A stretch of DNA of 64,000 nt from Lingula anatina. Its lineage: Eukaryota; Animalia; Brachiopoda. The notes under the pieces were generated by a model. That model was not told the origin of the DNA. It ran no database searches and saw only the letters and a program-made list of their open reading frames with translations. The stretch lies in the NCBI GenBank assembly GCA_051362555.1, contig CM120642.1, forward strand, positions 27,528,001 to 27,592,000. Direction: 5' to 3'. This document shows positions 1 to 14,226 of this stretch, in pieces; positions within the stretch are counted from its first letter, which is position 1, and the number at the start of each line of letters is the position of its first letter. Made by a program: the position numbers and the translations under genes.

Positions 1-153
1 ATTTTATTTGATACTAGCATGATTTTTACAACAGGCTATTGGACCTAAAAACTAAATAACAAATAAATGCCATTTCAGTATGTAGAAGTGATAAAATCTA
101 CACGATTAAGAAAGATTTGTAGTGTTGGACATGAAGATCACATAGGTGTCTAA

Positions 154-334
154 GAGTGCATTCCCATAGATTTAGATCGATCCGTCTAAATCGACCTAAC
201 TCCCTGGGGGTTTACGCTAAATTGCTGCCAGCTGAGTATGCACGGTAGTTAATTACCCCTTTATAGCTTTTAGTAGGCGGGGACAGACATTTAAGCTCCC
301 CACAGGGATAGATCGATCTAAAATCTGTGGGAAT
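154..334. mobile_element. MITE-like non-autonomous DNA transposon (~180 bp)
   Basis: Left CATTCCCATAGATTTAGATCGATC (159-182) is the near-perfect reverse complement of GATCGATCTAAAATCTGTGGGAATG (311-335), with 1 mismatch and 1 indel. Further imperfect subterminal inversion (TCCCTGGGGG / CCCCACAGGGA). Flanked by the 9-bp direct repeat GGTGTCTAA at 145-153 and 335-343. Confidence 0.7.
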
Positions 335-2780
335 GGTGTCTAATCTAGCTAAGCCTGGACATGTTGCTGATTCCAGGTCTGATGTTTGAGTCAATAATGC
401 CATGATCTCTTTGTCAATATTGCCCCTGTGACTTCATAAATGTTATCAAGAAGAGGTTTATCAGACCTACAGCAAGTGGAGTCATTCTGAAGTGCTAAGA
501 TCAGATAGCAGTGATAAAAACTGTCAAAATGTCCAGTCAAGATGTCATTTTGTCTCTAGTGTTAACAATTTGTCTTTGACATGATGGCAACATGGCATAT
601 AGGGCATGGTATGGTGAGGAGGGGGGGGGATGGGGGTGAGAAGGGGAAGGGGAAGTACCATTATACAAACATATACTATGATGAAATAAAGATACCATAT
701 ATGCACAGTGCCTCTCTGCTTTCTCGACTTATTTTCAAATAATCTCCTTATCTCTAAAATATAGCAGTTAATAAATTTCTCTTTTTTTCTGCAAAATGGC
801 AATGCCATGGTTTACCCGGCACCATAAGTGCTCTACAAAGAATGCGAAACTTGGGTGGGCTCCAAACATTGAATATTCATGTTTCCAGTTATGTATCTGT
901 CTGACTCTGAATACAATGAGGAATATTTCAGACACGCAACTTCCCTGTCCCACGTACAGGTGGAATGGTTTTCCTTCACAATTGTGAAAAATAAGTGTGT
1001 GTGTGTGCGCACGCGCATTTGTGCACACATGCATGTGAACATATACATATGCACACAACTTTTTACTGTCGCCTACAATACATTCTGCTGATATCACCAC
1101 ATTTTTCTGCAAGATGCTTCACAACCACTGTTTGCTCTCTGCATTACCCCTTGCAGAAACCTTTTGTGGTACCTGCAAGATGCAATGCAGTCAACTCATT
1201 TACTCAAGTCTTATTGTATAGCAAATTTTAGATTTAGTTTCATGTCCATTACAACATTATACCAGATGCTAAAATTTTCATTCAGTAAGTATTCCAATCA
1301 AGTGTCTTCTTCCATAACTTAGAAGCAAAACTTTTTTATCATTGAAGGCAATCTAAGTGCAACTTTAGGCCTCGATGTTGTTATTCATGGTCATTGCTGT
1401 CTCTTGATTGCTCTCCTGCAGTGTGTGGTATAAATGTGATAGCATGGGTTAATTGTCACGTAGCTAAGCAAGCCCACTGATTATCAGCAATGCATTGACA
1501 CAGATGGAGTCTGAGTGGGAGAGAGGATGTAAACATCACCAAAACCTCTCCTGGTTAGCAGTGATATTTTGAAGGTGGTTTGGTGGGTGACGGGGGGTGG
1601 GTGGGGGTGGGGGTATGATACACAAATGTATGCCTGTCATCCAAAGTTTCAGAGATTCTGAAAAAATACATGTAAACACCGCTGTTGTTGTCTGCAACAG
1701 CATAAGGTTAGATCCAATGACATCTCAACAGGGTGATGCATGTTTGTGAACTCAGGGTGATATATTGCAAATTGCGATTTATGCCGTACTTGGGATAGAC
1801 AGATTCTGGAATTAGTGCACAGGAGGATGGGCATCCTTCGCACCTGTCATATAATGTGTGATCATTACTGGTCAGTGACCACCATGTATGTAAAGACTGG
1901 AAAGCCTCGGAGCTAATTTTGTGTGCCCCCCAGTATGAGAGGTCAGGGTACGCAAACACTAAAACTACCTCTAATGCAAAAGTGCCCAGAGTATGTCCAA
2001 ACAAACCTCTTAACTATCACATCCAGCTAATTTGTAGAGTCAAGACCCCCTTAGACGATAGGGACTTCACTAATTATGATTTAATATGAACTAATTGCTT
2101 ACAATAAAAACTCCATTGTGGAGACTGCTTAATTATCAAGGATGATATATTGTTTTGCAAGTTAATAATTAGAAGAAGGAAAATTCTTGGTCATTTTCAA
2201 TGGTTTTCATCAACTCTGACATAAATATATTTACCTGCAGACAGAGATAGTGCTACCCTGTATATAACATGCCCTAGGACTAGTTACACAAGAGAACATC
2301 AGACCGAATATTGGTCCTCACTTTTAGAGCAAAATATCCACCAACTTCCATTCAGGATAAATCCATAAAATCCCCTTAAAATATTTTTTAAATAAAACAT
2401 TAGTCCTCCCTTTACTTTTACAAAACAGGCAAATTATTTCATGTAAGTGAATAACTACTGGCTCATATTATTTTGAGTGATAATGAACAAAAAGTTTGGT
2501 CTATAAGTTTACACCTACTTTCAGTCTAAAAATCTCTTGTGAAACCAGCTCTAGGTGAGACATCAAAATTCTCAAATCTGAGAAAAGGTCAGCTGACCCC
2601 AATCCTAATCTTCTTTCCTATTTGTCACCAGCAGACAGTCCTGGCCAGTCAAAGAGTGTTTGTAGTCTACACTCAAGTGCTAGCACACTAATCTCTGTGG
2701 ACTATTTACAGCCATTGTTATTGTAGTGCTGGACCCCAGAACCCCAGCTTCCATACAGGTTGTGTGTTTTGGCTGTGAGA

Positions 2781-3120
2781 TGTGCCCGTTTCATGTGCCT
2801 ATTGAGAGTGCCTGTCAGGTGTGTCTTGACTTGGTGCCTGTGTGATTTACCTATCATAAATGTCATTATAAAATATTTGTCTGCAAAGGTGCTTGTCTGT
2901 TGTGCCTGTCTTTGAGTTGGAAAAGACTGCCTGTGTTAATTGCCTAAATGTTCAAAGGCTCAGGTAAGAATGCCTGTCCATTTTGTATTTTTAGTCAGGT
3001 AAGTTTGTCTATCTGTATACCTGTCTTTTGTCATTGTCTTGGGGTTGGGTAAAAGTTCCCATCTGCAATATTCCTGAATGCCTATCACACAGAACAGATA
3101 AGAATGTCTGTCAGGTGTCA
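2781..3120. repeat. Degenerate minisatellite-like cluster of (G)TGCCTRT motifs
   Basis: About ten variants (gtgcccgt, gtgcctat, gtgcctgtc, gtgcctgtg, gtgcttgtc, tgcctgtg, tgcctgtc, tgcctatc) in 340 bp of intron. Confidence 0.5.
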
Positions 3121-6100
3121 CATCTGTTTTGTTAGTAAACAGTGGCAATCCTTCCTTGCTAATCAGGCATCATGAGTCTCTTATGTACCTTTTTTACTTA
3201 CCATGTACCAGTGCAATCTACCTATCTCTCTACACCCCCCCCCCCCCCCCCCTTCACATTCTGCACTACTAATGGCAAGACTGTACATTGAGCAAATCCA
3301 TGGTATACTTTTAGCTGGCCTGCTCTTCTTGTGTGTAGTATTTGGTGTTACTGACATGCTGATTTCTGTCATAAACCTTTTCCACCAGCAGCCAATTTTC
3401 ACAACATCCTGCACCCAAAGCAAAAACAAACACTTAAAGGCACTTACACTGGAACATGTTGCCTGACCACTGTGGCCTAAACAAGCAGGAGTTGACCACG
3501 GGTCACTCCCATCGCAAATCTTTTATTAGAAGATTTTTTTGAAGCTTATATTTGACAGCATTTCATTGAAAGAAAAGCAGCCTATAACTGATATCATGGG
3601 AAAAATTCTTTGGCCATGAAACAATATCCTTTGTAATCATACCTTGTAAAGACTGATATCTCATTAAAAAAAAACATCTCTCTCTTCCTCTCTATCTCTC
3701 TCCCTTTGCAGACGTTGTCTGTCATAGACCTCCACAACTCCCACATATACAAAGTGCAAACGTAAAACTTCATTGGTAAATCATCAAATCACAAAGAAAT
3801 CACAAAGAGAATTTTGTGAAATCCTCCCCCCCACCCCCCATCACTCCTCTCAACCCCACCTTCACACCTGAAGTTTTAAGTACACAAAGGTGCCATATGA
3901 GAACCATATGGAACTGGAAATCTCTTAGTTGTAGGTAGAAATTGGTGCCTGATTAATAGTGCTTTGGAGATTTGAACTCACCCATAAATCGGATAAACGA
4001 GATAATCAAATTCTCCTCCCATAATTTACTGGCCCCTGCCACTCTTTACCTCCAGTAATGTCTCCATATGGAATGAGTGGATTACTAGAGGGATGGCTCA
4101 GTTCTGAACTCTGTTTCACTTTCTTTCCAGGCACCTCTGCACACTGTTTCACAAACGGGTTTGCCACATTTTTTATGACACAATATTGGAAAAATACCAT
4201 CCAAGTTAAGTAAAATTCTTTTGATAATTTTTTTTCGACAATGTATTATTTTCAAAGCCAAGAACAACATAACAAAAATTAATGTCGCTTTGGTCACTTT
4301 AATTTCTCTCACATGAGATTTTCAAAACATGGCTAAATATTATTGAAACAATAATTCATGGACCTCAGTATCAACACATCACTTTAAACTTCCACCCTGG
4401 GTGCAAAACTGACCTACACCTGTACTCGGTCACTTAAATCAGGATCACCTGCTTGATTAAATGCACCTTAACTTAATGTGTTTATTTCCAAATAAATACA
4501 AAACATCCGCATTGTTTCAGACATCCATTTATCACATTACAAACTCTGACCAGCTCTTTGATGTTTTTTTTCTCACAAATCCAAGTAACAGCAGACAAAA
4601 TAATGAACAAACACATCCAAAAATATTTTTATCCTCATTCCAAATTTTATTACAAAAACATCCTTCACACAGCTTCTAATAAACTGTTGCTTACACATCA
4701 CATTTCTGTAATATCCTATGCTCTTTGGGATGTGTTACTTTGGCTTATTACGGCAATGCTATTCAATGCTATCCAATCAGGAAAGGCAAGCAGCTCATGC
4801 AACTGCATGGACCTAAATGTCAGTAATCTCCCCATGCTTGAACACAGAAAAATAACTCTGTTTTTTACCTCAATTGAGCAGGTCCAATGGCAATTTTACT
4901 GCCATTTTACTAGCTGCTGGTCCAGCACCCATGTTGGTGTAGTGTACACAATACATTAAAGGTTGATTTACACCAAGCTTACTGGAATAAACAGTCCACA
5001 AACTTGGACCCTGCTAGTGTCTATTTGCATAAGTAGGACTCAAATTGATGGCTCTACTTGAATCAGACTTTTGATTCCATTTTATTAGATCAAAGAATTA
5101 AATGGCCGTTCTGTATACTGACAGCTCAAGCAGCACACCAAGATCACACCAGAGTTTTTTTCAAATGTAAACATGCCTTAACACTTGATTTTTTCACTGT
5201 TTTGTTCATGGGTCAGAAACTATGGATATCTGAATGGTTACTGGCATGTGCAGGAGAACTCAGATTTATGTGAACATCACAGGGGTCTCCACTTAATTGC
5301 TTGACCATACTTAAATAGCTTGGATATTTCACTTTACATTCCCAATGTGCTGCAAAATCACCCATTTTTCATAACAGCCATTGGCACAAGAAATCATGCC
5401 TACTGGATGGTTTCCAGAGCATCCCCAAGTTCTGAGACAGCCTTTCACGGAAATTATCAAACCACATAGCTGACAATGCTATCTAATATTAGCACAGTAA
5501 CTTATTTCAAACTAAAAACTGTATACTTCAAAAATACATTCACCAGGCTTTCTATCCTAAGATACTTTTTGCATAACTATATAACATGCATTAAAGAGCA
5601 TTCCAATCTAGAAAACAGTCTGACACTTACTACAATACATCATCATTAAACAACATTTTATTACTGGAATGTAGTAAACAAACCAACAATTATGGCAGTA
5701 CACAGGAAATGAACCCAACCGAAGGTGTGTCAAGACTAAGATAAAAACCAAAACCAATTTTAGGTCTACATTACACTACCAGACAACCAGATATAATTCC
5801 CACTTATTTAGTCAATTGCGCCCAGTGGAAACTGGATGATACTCCACTGCTGCCATCTGCAGCTAGATCTAATAATTGTTCACAATAATTAATTACAAGA
5901 TGGCTCAATGGCTGCTGAAGGAGGTATTGTTAGGGATGAAACTCTAAAATAATTGAATAAGTAATCTAGCAGTCACATTATGTCATCCAGACTTAAACCA
6001 GTTTGGGTCTAGTTGTGTGTTTAAATACATCTTGAGAACTTTGCAGAAAAATGAAAAAAAAGTGCATTCCACTGGAAGTCCTAATGATGAGCACTGGCTG

Positions 6101-7007
6101 AAGATGGCAAGTAGTTTTCATAGCAGTAAAATGTCAATTAAATTTCATGGTTTGTCTTGACATCTGAGCATCTGAATGAAGATCAAATGGAGATAGTTTG
6201 GTCAAATCGGTGCTGGGCAATGTTGGTTGGAACCATTTTGGGTTTGTTGTTTTGGTTCAGTGTGTGTCCAAAAAACTGGGTTCTTTTTTTTTTTTTTGAG
6301 ATAATACCACCTGCGCCATCAAAAATATGCCATGTTACCCTGATGTTGACCTGATGTTTACCCAATGTTGGACCATCATTCATATCTGGTGGACCATTAA
6401 ACAGGCTATGTTTTACTTGGGTTAGACTTCTGTTTGTCACCTGTCTTGCTGTCTGGTTCTGGCTTGTTTCAAGGAATCTACTTAGCACCAAATAAAAGTT
6501 CACACTGTAGTTCATGTCTGCATTCCAATCAAATTCTGAACTAAATATAGTGGCCAACTCTTTTCATCTTTACAACATTGGTTTATTTACATATTCTACT
6601 TCCTTCACCCACACTTTATCTGTTTTGCACAATGTTTTTGTTTCAGGGACACAGAAACAGGTTGGAGAAAAGACTCAATTACAGCACTCAGAAATTCCAG
6701 AATAATTTCCTTTTTCCCAATGGGGAGCAATAATTGACCAAAAGAATTTACAAGCCACTACAGTGACTTGTCAGTCAAACAGGGCACCAAAGCTGATGGA
6801 CAATTCTATGCTTACAGTTACACAGCTGGTCAGGAGGAGGGTGGGATTGCGATTTCCGAATACAACTCCAGCATGTGTTCGCTTTGATACTTGTTTCATG
6901 TCGTCTCTGTACCTCTTGCAGGCAGATTTTTATTTTTCATTTCAAACACCATGTAATATGAGCATTGAAAAAGCTTGAGAAACTTTACAAGGCAATGCAC
7001 TGCCCAC

Positions 7008-7142
7008 CTGTAAGAAATCATGTGCAAATTTGCAGCAAGCTCTCCTCCCAGATGCAGCTCTTCCTCGTAATATTTGAACAACGTGCCGTTCTCTTATTTC
7101 TTGATCTACCACATCATTCTTCCTCCAAGCTGCTCGGCACAT
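7008..7142 (-). CDS. Candidate alternative first coding exon of the large minus-strand gene (45 aa)
   Basis: ATG at 7142; purine-rich 135-nt frame MCRAAWRKNDVVDQEIRERHVVQILRGRAASGRRACCKFAHDFLQ; ends at CAG|GTGGGC in phase 0, the same phase as the donor of the large exon. Confidence 0.3.
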
Positions 7143-8047
7143 GCTGGATGTAGTTTTGAACACCCTAGGTACCAAAAATTCAAATATTTTTGGTTTATTG
7201 GTCAGTAATACCTGTCCATGAAGTATGGGGTACGACTCGTGTCACCTCTTTCAACTTTTTTTCGATAATGCCATTTAAACTTAAATGCCTAGTGTAAAAA
7301 ATGGCAGGAAAGTAAACTTCAATAATGTTTATTGGTCTCAATTGAAACTCTTATCAACAGGGTGCAGGATGAATCTCCAGCAAGCAGTAATTATCTGCAG
7401 GTGGTATAATTTTATGCCTGGATTCTGGTGGATTTCTAATCAAATAGACTAATCAAGTCCAGGGATACAAATATATTGCTAGTTTAAGTGAAACTGGAAA
7501 TGAAAATCCATATCTACACAATACTTAGAGTATAAATCATTTTCTTTTCGCTGAAATTCATAATAATGCTTCATTATTAGACCTTCAGTACTTTTCCCCA
7601 CTATTTGCTGAAAAAATCTAAGCTACAGGTATTGGGTATTAGTCCATTTCAGCTACATTTCAAAATACTTTGATCCTTTTCACTACATCAAAACGGCACA
7701 ATCAAACCCTTTGGTTTCAACGGGTATTACGTAGGCCAATGTTGAAGAGTTCTAAGTTGTCCGTGAAACTCAGGGTGCTCCTGGAGGAGCAGACACTTTA
7801 GTGGCAATTCAACTTGACAACCAGCAGCCGTCTACTGGACATGTGGGATTACATCAAGACTGATAACACAGTCTAGACTCACATGATTAATTACTGTCAT
7901 AGAGAAATGGCCAGACACTGTTCAGAATGAGAGGCGGTATTCTTGCCACTGAGCCCAATTGAGATGGAATATATCAAGGCTCAAGTGCAGGCGGAGATTT
8001 ACTTTATGATAATGAAAAACTGAATAAAAAAATTAGCAGTGAAACAA

Positions 8048-8050
8048 AAA

Positions 8051-8085
<35 letters not shown>

Positions 8086-8154
8086 AAGGATCAACAGTGA
8101 ATCATGACTTGTGTGGATTTATCAAATATTAAAAAAAAAAAAAAAAAAAAAAAA
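8048..8154. repeat. (AAAT)n microsatellite and poly-A run
   Basis: About nine AAAT units at 8048-8086; A-run at 8131-8154. Confidence 0.9.
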
Positions 8155-8364
8155 ACTCACTTTCCCAATACTTAAATCTTCATATGGTTTTAAGTTTAGA
8201 AACTGTCACATACAATTCACATCATAATTGTCAAAAATGAACGACATCTACACAGGTCATAATAACAGAAAAGATACAATGAATGCCTTATCTGGCAGAC
8301 AGAGCTTCAACATGTGGAGAGCTAGGAATATTAGTCACTTATCAGACTGTCACCTAGAGAGGCG

Positions 8365-8390
8365 GGGGGGGGGGGGGGGGGGGGGGGGGG
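8365..8390. repeat. Poly-G tract
   Basis: Uninterrupted G run. Similar G/C runs at about 620-650, 1580-1615, 3235-3252 and 9729-9780. Confidence 0.9.
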
Positions 8391-11300
8391 CATGAAACCC
8401 ACCTAACTCCCCCACCTATATTTATCAAGCAATGCAAGGTGCCCTAATCAGTGATCCCCAAGCCCACTCTCACCAAAATTTATGTAGATCAAAAATTACC
8501 CCCTACAGCCCTGCTGAACTTTTCAGCAGCATTCTCCGACTTACATTTCATACCTTTAAGGGGCTCACAAATATGGACAAGTGCCCTAAACCTGTTTAAC
8601 TGTCAGGTATCTCACAAGGTGCAATTCTGGGCCCAATCAGTGTACTTAGAGGGCCCTGCAACTAGAGTAACAGGTGTGGATTCCAACCTTCAATCTAAAT
8701 GGCATACTACCTTTCAAACAGAGCAAAAAATGCCTACCTGAAACACAAGTGGGCTGGCAACTCACTCAGCTTCAGGATGTACGGTGAATGCTCACAGTAC
8801 AGCACAAGAATGTAGTAGAACTCCCAGACCGTGCTATACTTACATATAGGAAGTGTACAGCTTCATACATCACTCCATGAGCACACCATTAACATTTATG
8901 CCGACATTCTGTATGTGCTGGTGCATAATCAGTAGTTGTGTAACTTAAATTCCTTTCCATAATCAGAATTAGACTTCAATAAAGAGATATTATATTTATT
9001 AAGAAATTTTGATGTCTGCCTAATTAATGATGAAAAATTATTTGATCTAATTTTTGCTGTATCCATTTTTCCGCATTGTGTGCCATACACAAAATCATAT
9101 GCATCTGTAAACATTTAAGAATTCCCAATCTCAATCCCCCTTTTTTTTACTTCCATCATACAACAAATGCCCAAGACAGAATCTAGGAAATAATTTGTAT
9201 ACCTAGAATAAAAGAACCATCCAGTTTAGACAAAATCTGTTGGACTTCATATGTTCAAAAGTGGAATACATATACACATACAATACATATAACCTTTTTT
9301 ATATCATCAAAAGAATACTATGACATACATTCAACAGTAACATAAAGAACAAAACAGCCTATAACTAATCAAAGACCACTTGGTTTGCAACACAGCACAA
9401 AACTCCTTGTGTAAATGCCCCTCTTAAAACATTACCATTGCTAGTGATCAATGGAAAATGAAACCCCCTGCTCGTTTATCAAAAGAAGATCCTAATCTGC
9501 TATCATAGAGGGGTTAATTACAAATAGACCCAAGCTTTTCATTGAAGTCTTCAGTCAGTTTCTCCATAATTCACTCCCAGAGCCCTGGCAAACACACCAG
9601 AGGTAAATCAATCACATGAGCAATGTGATATGTAGGGGAGAAGTAGCATTTACCTAATCCACTGCTTAATTTACACAAAATGTTGCTAGCTAGCTATGAA
9701 ATGCTAGAACAAGACTGACCATCTACTGCCCCCTCACCCCCCCCCCCCCCCCCGCCATACCCCCTCCCTGACACCCCCATCAACCCATCTAGTGGATTTC
9801 AGTAAAAAAAAAGAAGACACATTTTGGTGTTTTTTTTTTATTTGGTATCATAGCAGTTCTGTGAATGTTCCATAGAGCTCAAAAGACAGGTGTAGCATTA
9901 CCCTTCATTTCCATGATGGATTTCAGAACAACACCCTTTCTAACCTGGGTTGATATGCTCATCTTTCATTCCAGCTGCAACTATCCTCTGATATTACATT
10001 TATGCCCTTTTTGGACTAGCCACAAAACTGGACACCTGCCTGGAACTGCAAGTATATGTAGCAATGTCCAGTTTTGAGGCTACTAATCCAAATAGAGCTA
10101 GGCCTGGAACAATTTCAAAGAAATTGGCATTCAAAAGTATGTATTACATTACAAGATGTATGAATGTATGGAATGTGTAGTCTGTAACTGAGAGATCTGA
10201 TGACAAGTTTTGACCTCCAGGGTGCTACCCACAATTCCATGTGCCTGCTATTTCTGCTCGTAATTTTGCAAAAATATTTCTTACATTTGCTTGTAAAGGT
10301 TGAACCTACTGGACTACTGAACCATTTTCAGTGACATATGTATGGGAACTACAGGTCCATGAAATAGAGACTGCCAAATTTGAAAATAATAACAAAATAA
10401 GAAATGAAAAAAATGCTTACAAGTCGTAATTTTTTCAGCGGCAACTGATCAGATGCAGATAATTAAAACACTTGAATAATCATATAAGCATACAGTTGAT
10501 TTACATCTGATCTGGTTCTGAATACAATTTAATTATCTTATGCATTACTTAAACATTATTTCAATATATTAATAATACTAAATTTAAGAGAAGCATACAT
10601 TCCATAGTCCAAACATTTCATTTATATATTAATACAAGTGAAGCACACAGTCTGGGGCAAACACAATGATTATCTAGCATCTACCATAATATGTTACATG
10701 GATATTAATTATGAGTTCAATCAGTGGGAATGAGATACTAGTATATTAATGTTTGTAAAACTTAGTGCTTTGGCTATTTATATGTTTCTACACCTAGTAC
10801 TATACAACCACAAGCTGGCTAGATCATTAAAGAGAAACTGCAAAATGAATTGGCAGAGCCTCCAAAACAGATCCATGTTAAACAGATGGTGCTATCTTTG
10901 TCCACTGCTAATAATTTATCATTACTTTGGCATGTGTTAAAATAAACTTATTTGTAATGAAATATAATTAACAACATAATTTAAGGGGAGTGGTATGATA
11001 TTTTGGTACACCGTGCCTTATTTTTCTGATGGCTTTAAACTGTAGCTTCATTAACGCGGGAGTTGCATGTGACAAGGTTATCATCAAACAATTAATTTTT
11101 GTGGCATTCCATTACTGTCTAAAGAGTATGGACAATGGGCGTGATGACCCCAGTTAAGTCATGCCCAAAACCAGGTGGTTCGCTTTCACCAGTAACTAAG
11201 AAGTATAGGCATGGGACACTGTGCTCTAGACTAATTTTTGGTCAGGTGAAAATCAAAGGGTCAATATTGCTATACTGGTGAACTGAAGCATCACAATGTA

Positions 11301-11708
11301 CTTATGGTTTCTTTATGAAGTCTGCAGTAACATGGGCATGAATCACCAGGGGGCAGAGGTCCAGTTCATTCAAATTATTAAAAGGCTGCAACCTTAACTG
11401 AGGCACTGAGGTGACACTTCACCTCAAGTTTTATACAGAGAAACGTACTCAGAACAGTATGAATGCTCAGATCATCTTAATGCAGGGACAACCAGTGCAA
11501 AATAAGGCCACTCTTAAAAAGCATCATTCTGCCTAGCATATAACAAAATAGCTTTAAAGCAGTGACTAACTGCCATGTGCAGTGTTTTCAAGCATTAAAT
11601 CATATATACTTATGCTTATAAAGATGCTATCCCTGAAACATAGAGGATGAAATCTCATAAAGGCTCATGGGTCAAAGAAAAGTGCTCATTCAGCAAGGCC
11701 ATTAACTT

Positions 11709-12282
11709 TTACAGTTTGCTTATTTATCTAGCATATCATAAATATTGGTCTGATTTTCCTCAGATAACAAGACAGATAAGTCTGGTTGTTTTTTTCTTTA
11801 CAAACGGATATTTCAAGATCATGATGATATATTACATGTGTGACTACTTGTAAGGCTTAATTTTGCAAGCTGGTTGAGTTTGATTGTTAAATACAACTTG
11901 TATTTTGAAAATGATGAATAGATTTATCCAAACTGATTTGCCGGAGTTACATGTTCTACAGTGTAATAGCACACTACATTCCCTTCATTGACCTGCAATA
12001 TCAGTTACTCCAAAGTAATATATTTGCAACATACACATATTATTTTTGTTTAAAATAAACAACCCGTACATGCAACTGAAATATATTAAGTGCTTAATAA
12101 ACTAAATATCACCTATATTATGAAACATGTAATCATACATAATGCATAACATCTGACCTAAAAGAAGGCAGTATTTACTAACATATATTCACCCATAAAC
12201 AAACTTCATATTACAGTTTGGTTACTTATCTTATGCTAAGCATATCATAAATACTGGTCTGATTTTCTTCGGATAACAAGTC
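11709..12282. repeat. Dispersed imperfect direct repeat (~65-70 bp, two copies)
   Basis: TTACAGTTTG...AGCATATCATAAATAYTGGTCTGATTTTCYTCRGATAACAAG at about 11709-11773 and 12211-12282. Confidence 0.7.
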
Positions 12283-14198
12283 ACGGAAAATAGAGCATTT
12301 GTAAACGAAACAGATATTTAGTACCTCAGAGACTTTTAATTTTATATGAGTATGCCCAGGTATCTGTGACGGAGGCTCAAAGCACTTCCTGTACCTGGCC
12401 TACCCTTCCATGTGCGCTCAGTCTGTGAGCCTGTATTTGTGGAGTAAATCCATTCAGTATGCCACTAGTATTAAACACACTAGAATTAAATGCCACGGAT
12501 GAAGTTTATAGAGAAGATTCTTACCTAGTCATGAGCTTCAGTGCGAGGTGCATGCAATACCCTTAAAGGAAATGACGATGAAAAAGAAATGACTGTACTT
12601 TTTTATGCTTTTTCTTTTTGAGCTTTAGAATCTCTTAAAAATCAGTTTTTATTTTGTGATGAAAAATTAGCCCCTCAAAATATTATTTTGAAACCATGGT
12701 CTTTTTACATCTATAAATATACACACTTTTTCATACTTATATAAATTCAACAGATTTAGATGAAAATTAATGTTGAATATTGATGTCAACTGGGGGGTGA
12801 AATTTCTAAACTTAAATGTTTTATCTTATTTACAAAATGGTAAAACAAACTCCATGAAAACATACATAGGTAACAGAGAGTGAGGGGAGAAAACTTTCAG
12901 TCCAACATTCACATCTGCTGCCCAAATATGTGACTTAGTCTCTTAAGGCCACTTATCACAGGTGATATAACTTCACAGCCATAATCGTTTGAGAATCAAG
13001 AGCCAGAAACCGGATCAAGAAGATTCACACCTCCCTCCTCTAACACCTGAGCAAATATTCTCAGTTCAGCCAAATCAGCTCCATGTGAAAAGACAAAGAT
13101 AATGCACACAATGAGGAGCATTTGTGCATAATGTAAGGACACACAAACACATTACGGTAATATCTCACTAAATTTGGACAAAACACATTAATCGTATGTA
13201 CAGATACTGTATTTTGCAGCACATATCTTGAAAAGAAAATTGGAAATTGAAAAAGTTTTAAAAGTTAGTTGGGTTCATGTAAATAGATGAAAAGTGTGAT
13301 TATGCATCTGTTTGTGGGATAAAATATTGAATCTTGAAAAATTACGATACTGAAATTTTGTGAAGTGATTGCAATTTGTGAATATATATAAACACGGACA
13401 AAATTATGAATGGTAACTCTGTCCATGGTATATACTTATCATTTCACCAACGATAACCCAAACCTAATCTGCCTCGAGTGCTTATGCACGGGCATAAATT
13501 CCACAGTGAGAAAAATAGTCCAACATCAAACACATCTTTTTCTCATTTGATCTGACCTGTTATTAGCAATGATGAGTAATCTTATTCTTTTCCCCTAACA
13601 GTAGTCTTAAACAAATATGGGCATACTGTTAAAGGGTGGTGGCTGTGTGTTTTCTATTTACAAAAACAAGCGCTGTCAGAGACTTGCTCAAATGTGTATT
13701 CCCTCCGCTGGTATCTCTAGCTGGTGAAAAAAACTACCACCAACAGTGGACCTAAGTGTATTCATGTGGTGTTTTTTATGACTGCTGGAGAACTGACAAC
13801 ATTGATGGAACAACTCCCACATGCAGCCTTACATACACTTGTACTGGTTAAGCCTATAAGTATGTACACAGTGTTTTACAATAATGAGTAATATGTCTGA
13901 GCTTTTTTCCCCCTTTTCATGTTGATATGAAGCAAATTAAACATGAATTTCACTTTTACATTTAAGGATATTTGATTTATATAACTTCAAAAAATGACAT
14001 TAAAAATCTGCATCTTTTATCTTTCTTGGAATTGTTAAAGTGAACAAAAGAAAAAAAAGTCACTTGCACTTATATATTATTTATAACTATGCCTTTTAAA
14101 ACTGCTGAGAAGAGTATGACATAATAACTTATCTTTTATGAAACATTCTGTACTTATGGCTCAATAGAAAAGTAAAATCTCTGTACAAAGTACAAAAA

Positions 14199-14226
14199 AC
14201 ATTACACCTAGTACATTACACCTAGT
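14199..14226. repeat. 14-bp tandem duplication
   Basis: ACATTACACCTAGT x2. Confidence 0.85.

Noticed and set aside
768-1231. Overlapping 60-114 aa ORFs around a (GT)n/alternating purine-pyrimidine tract
   Set aside because: Low-complexity repeat suppresses stop codons; not protein-like.
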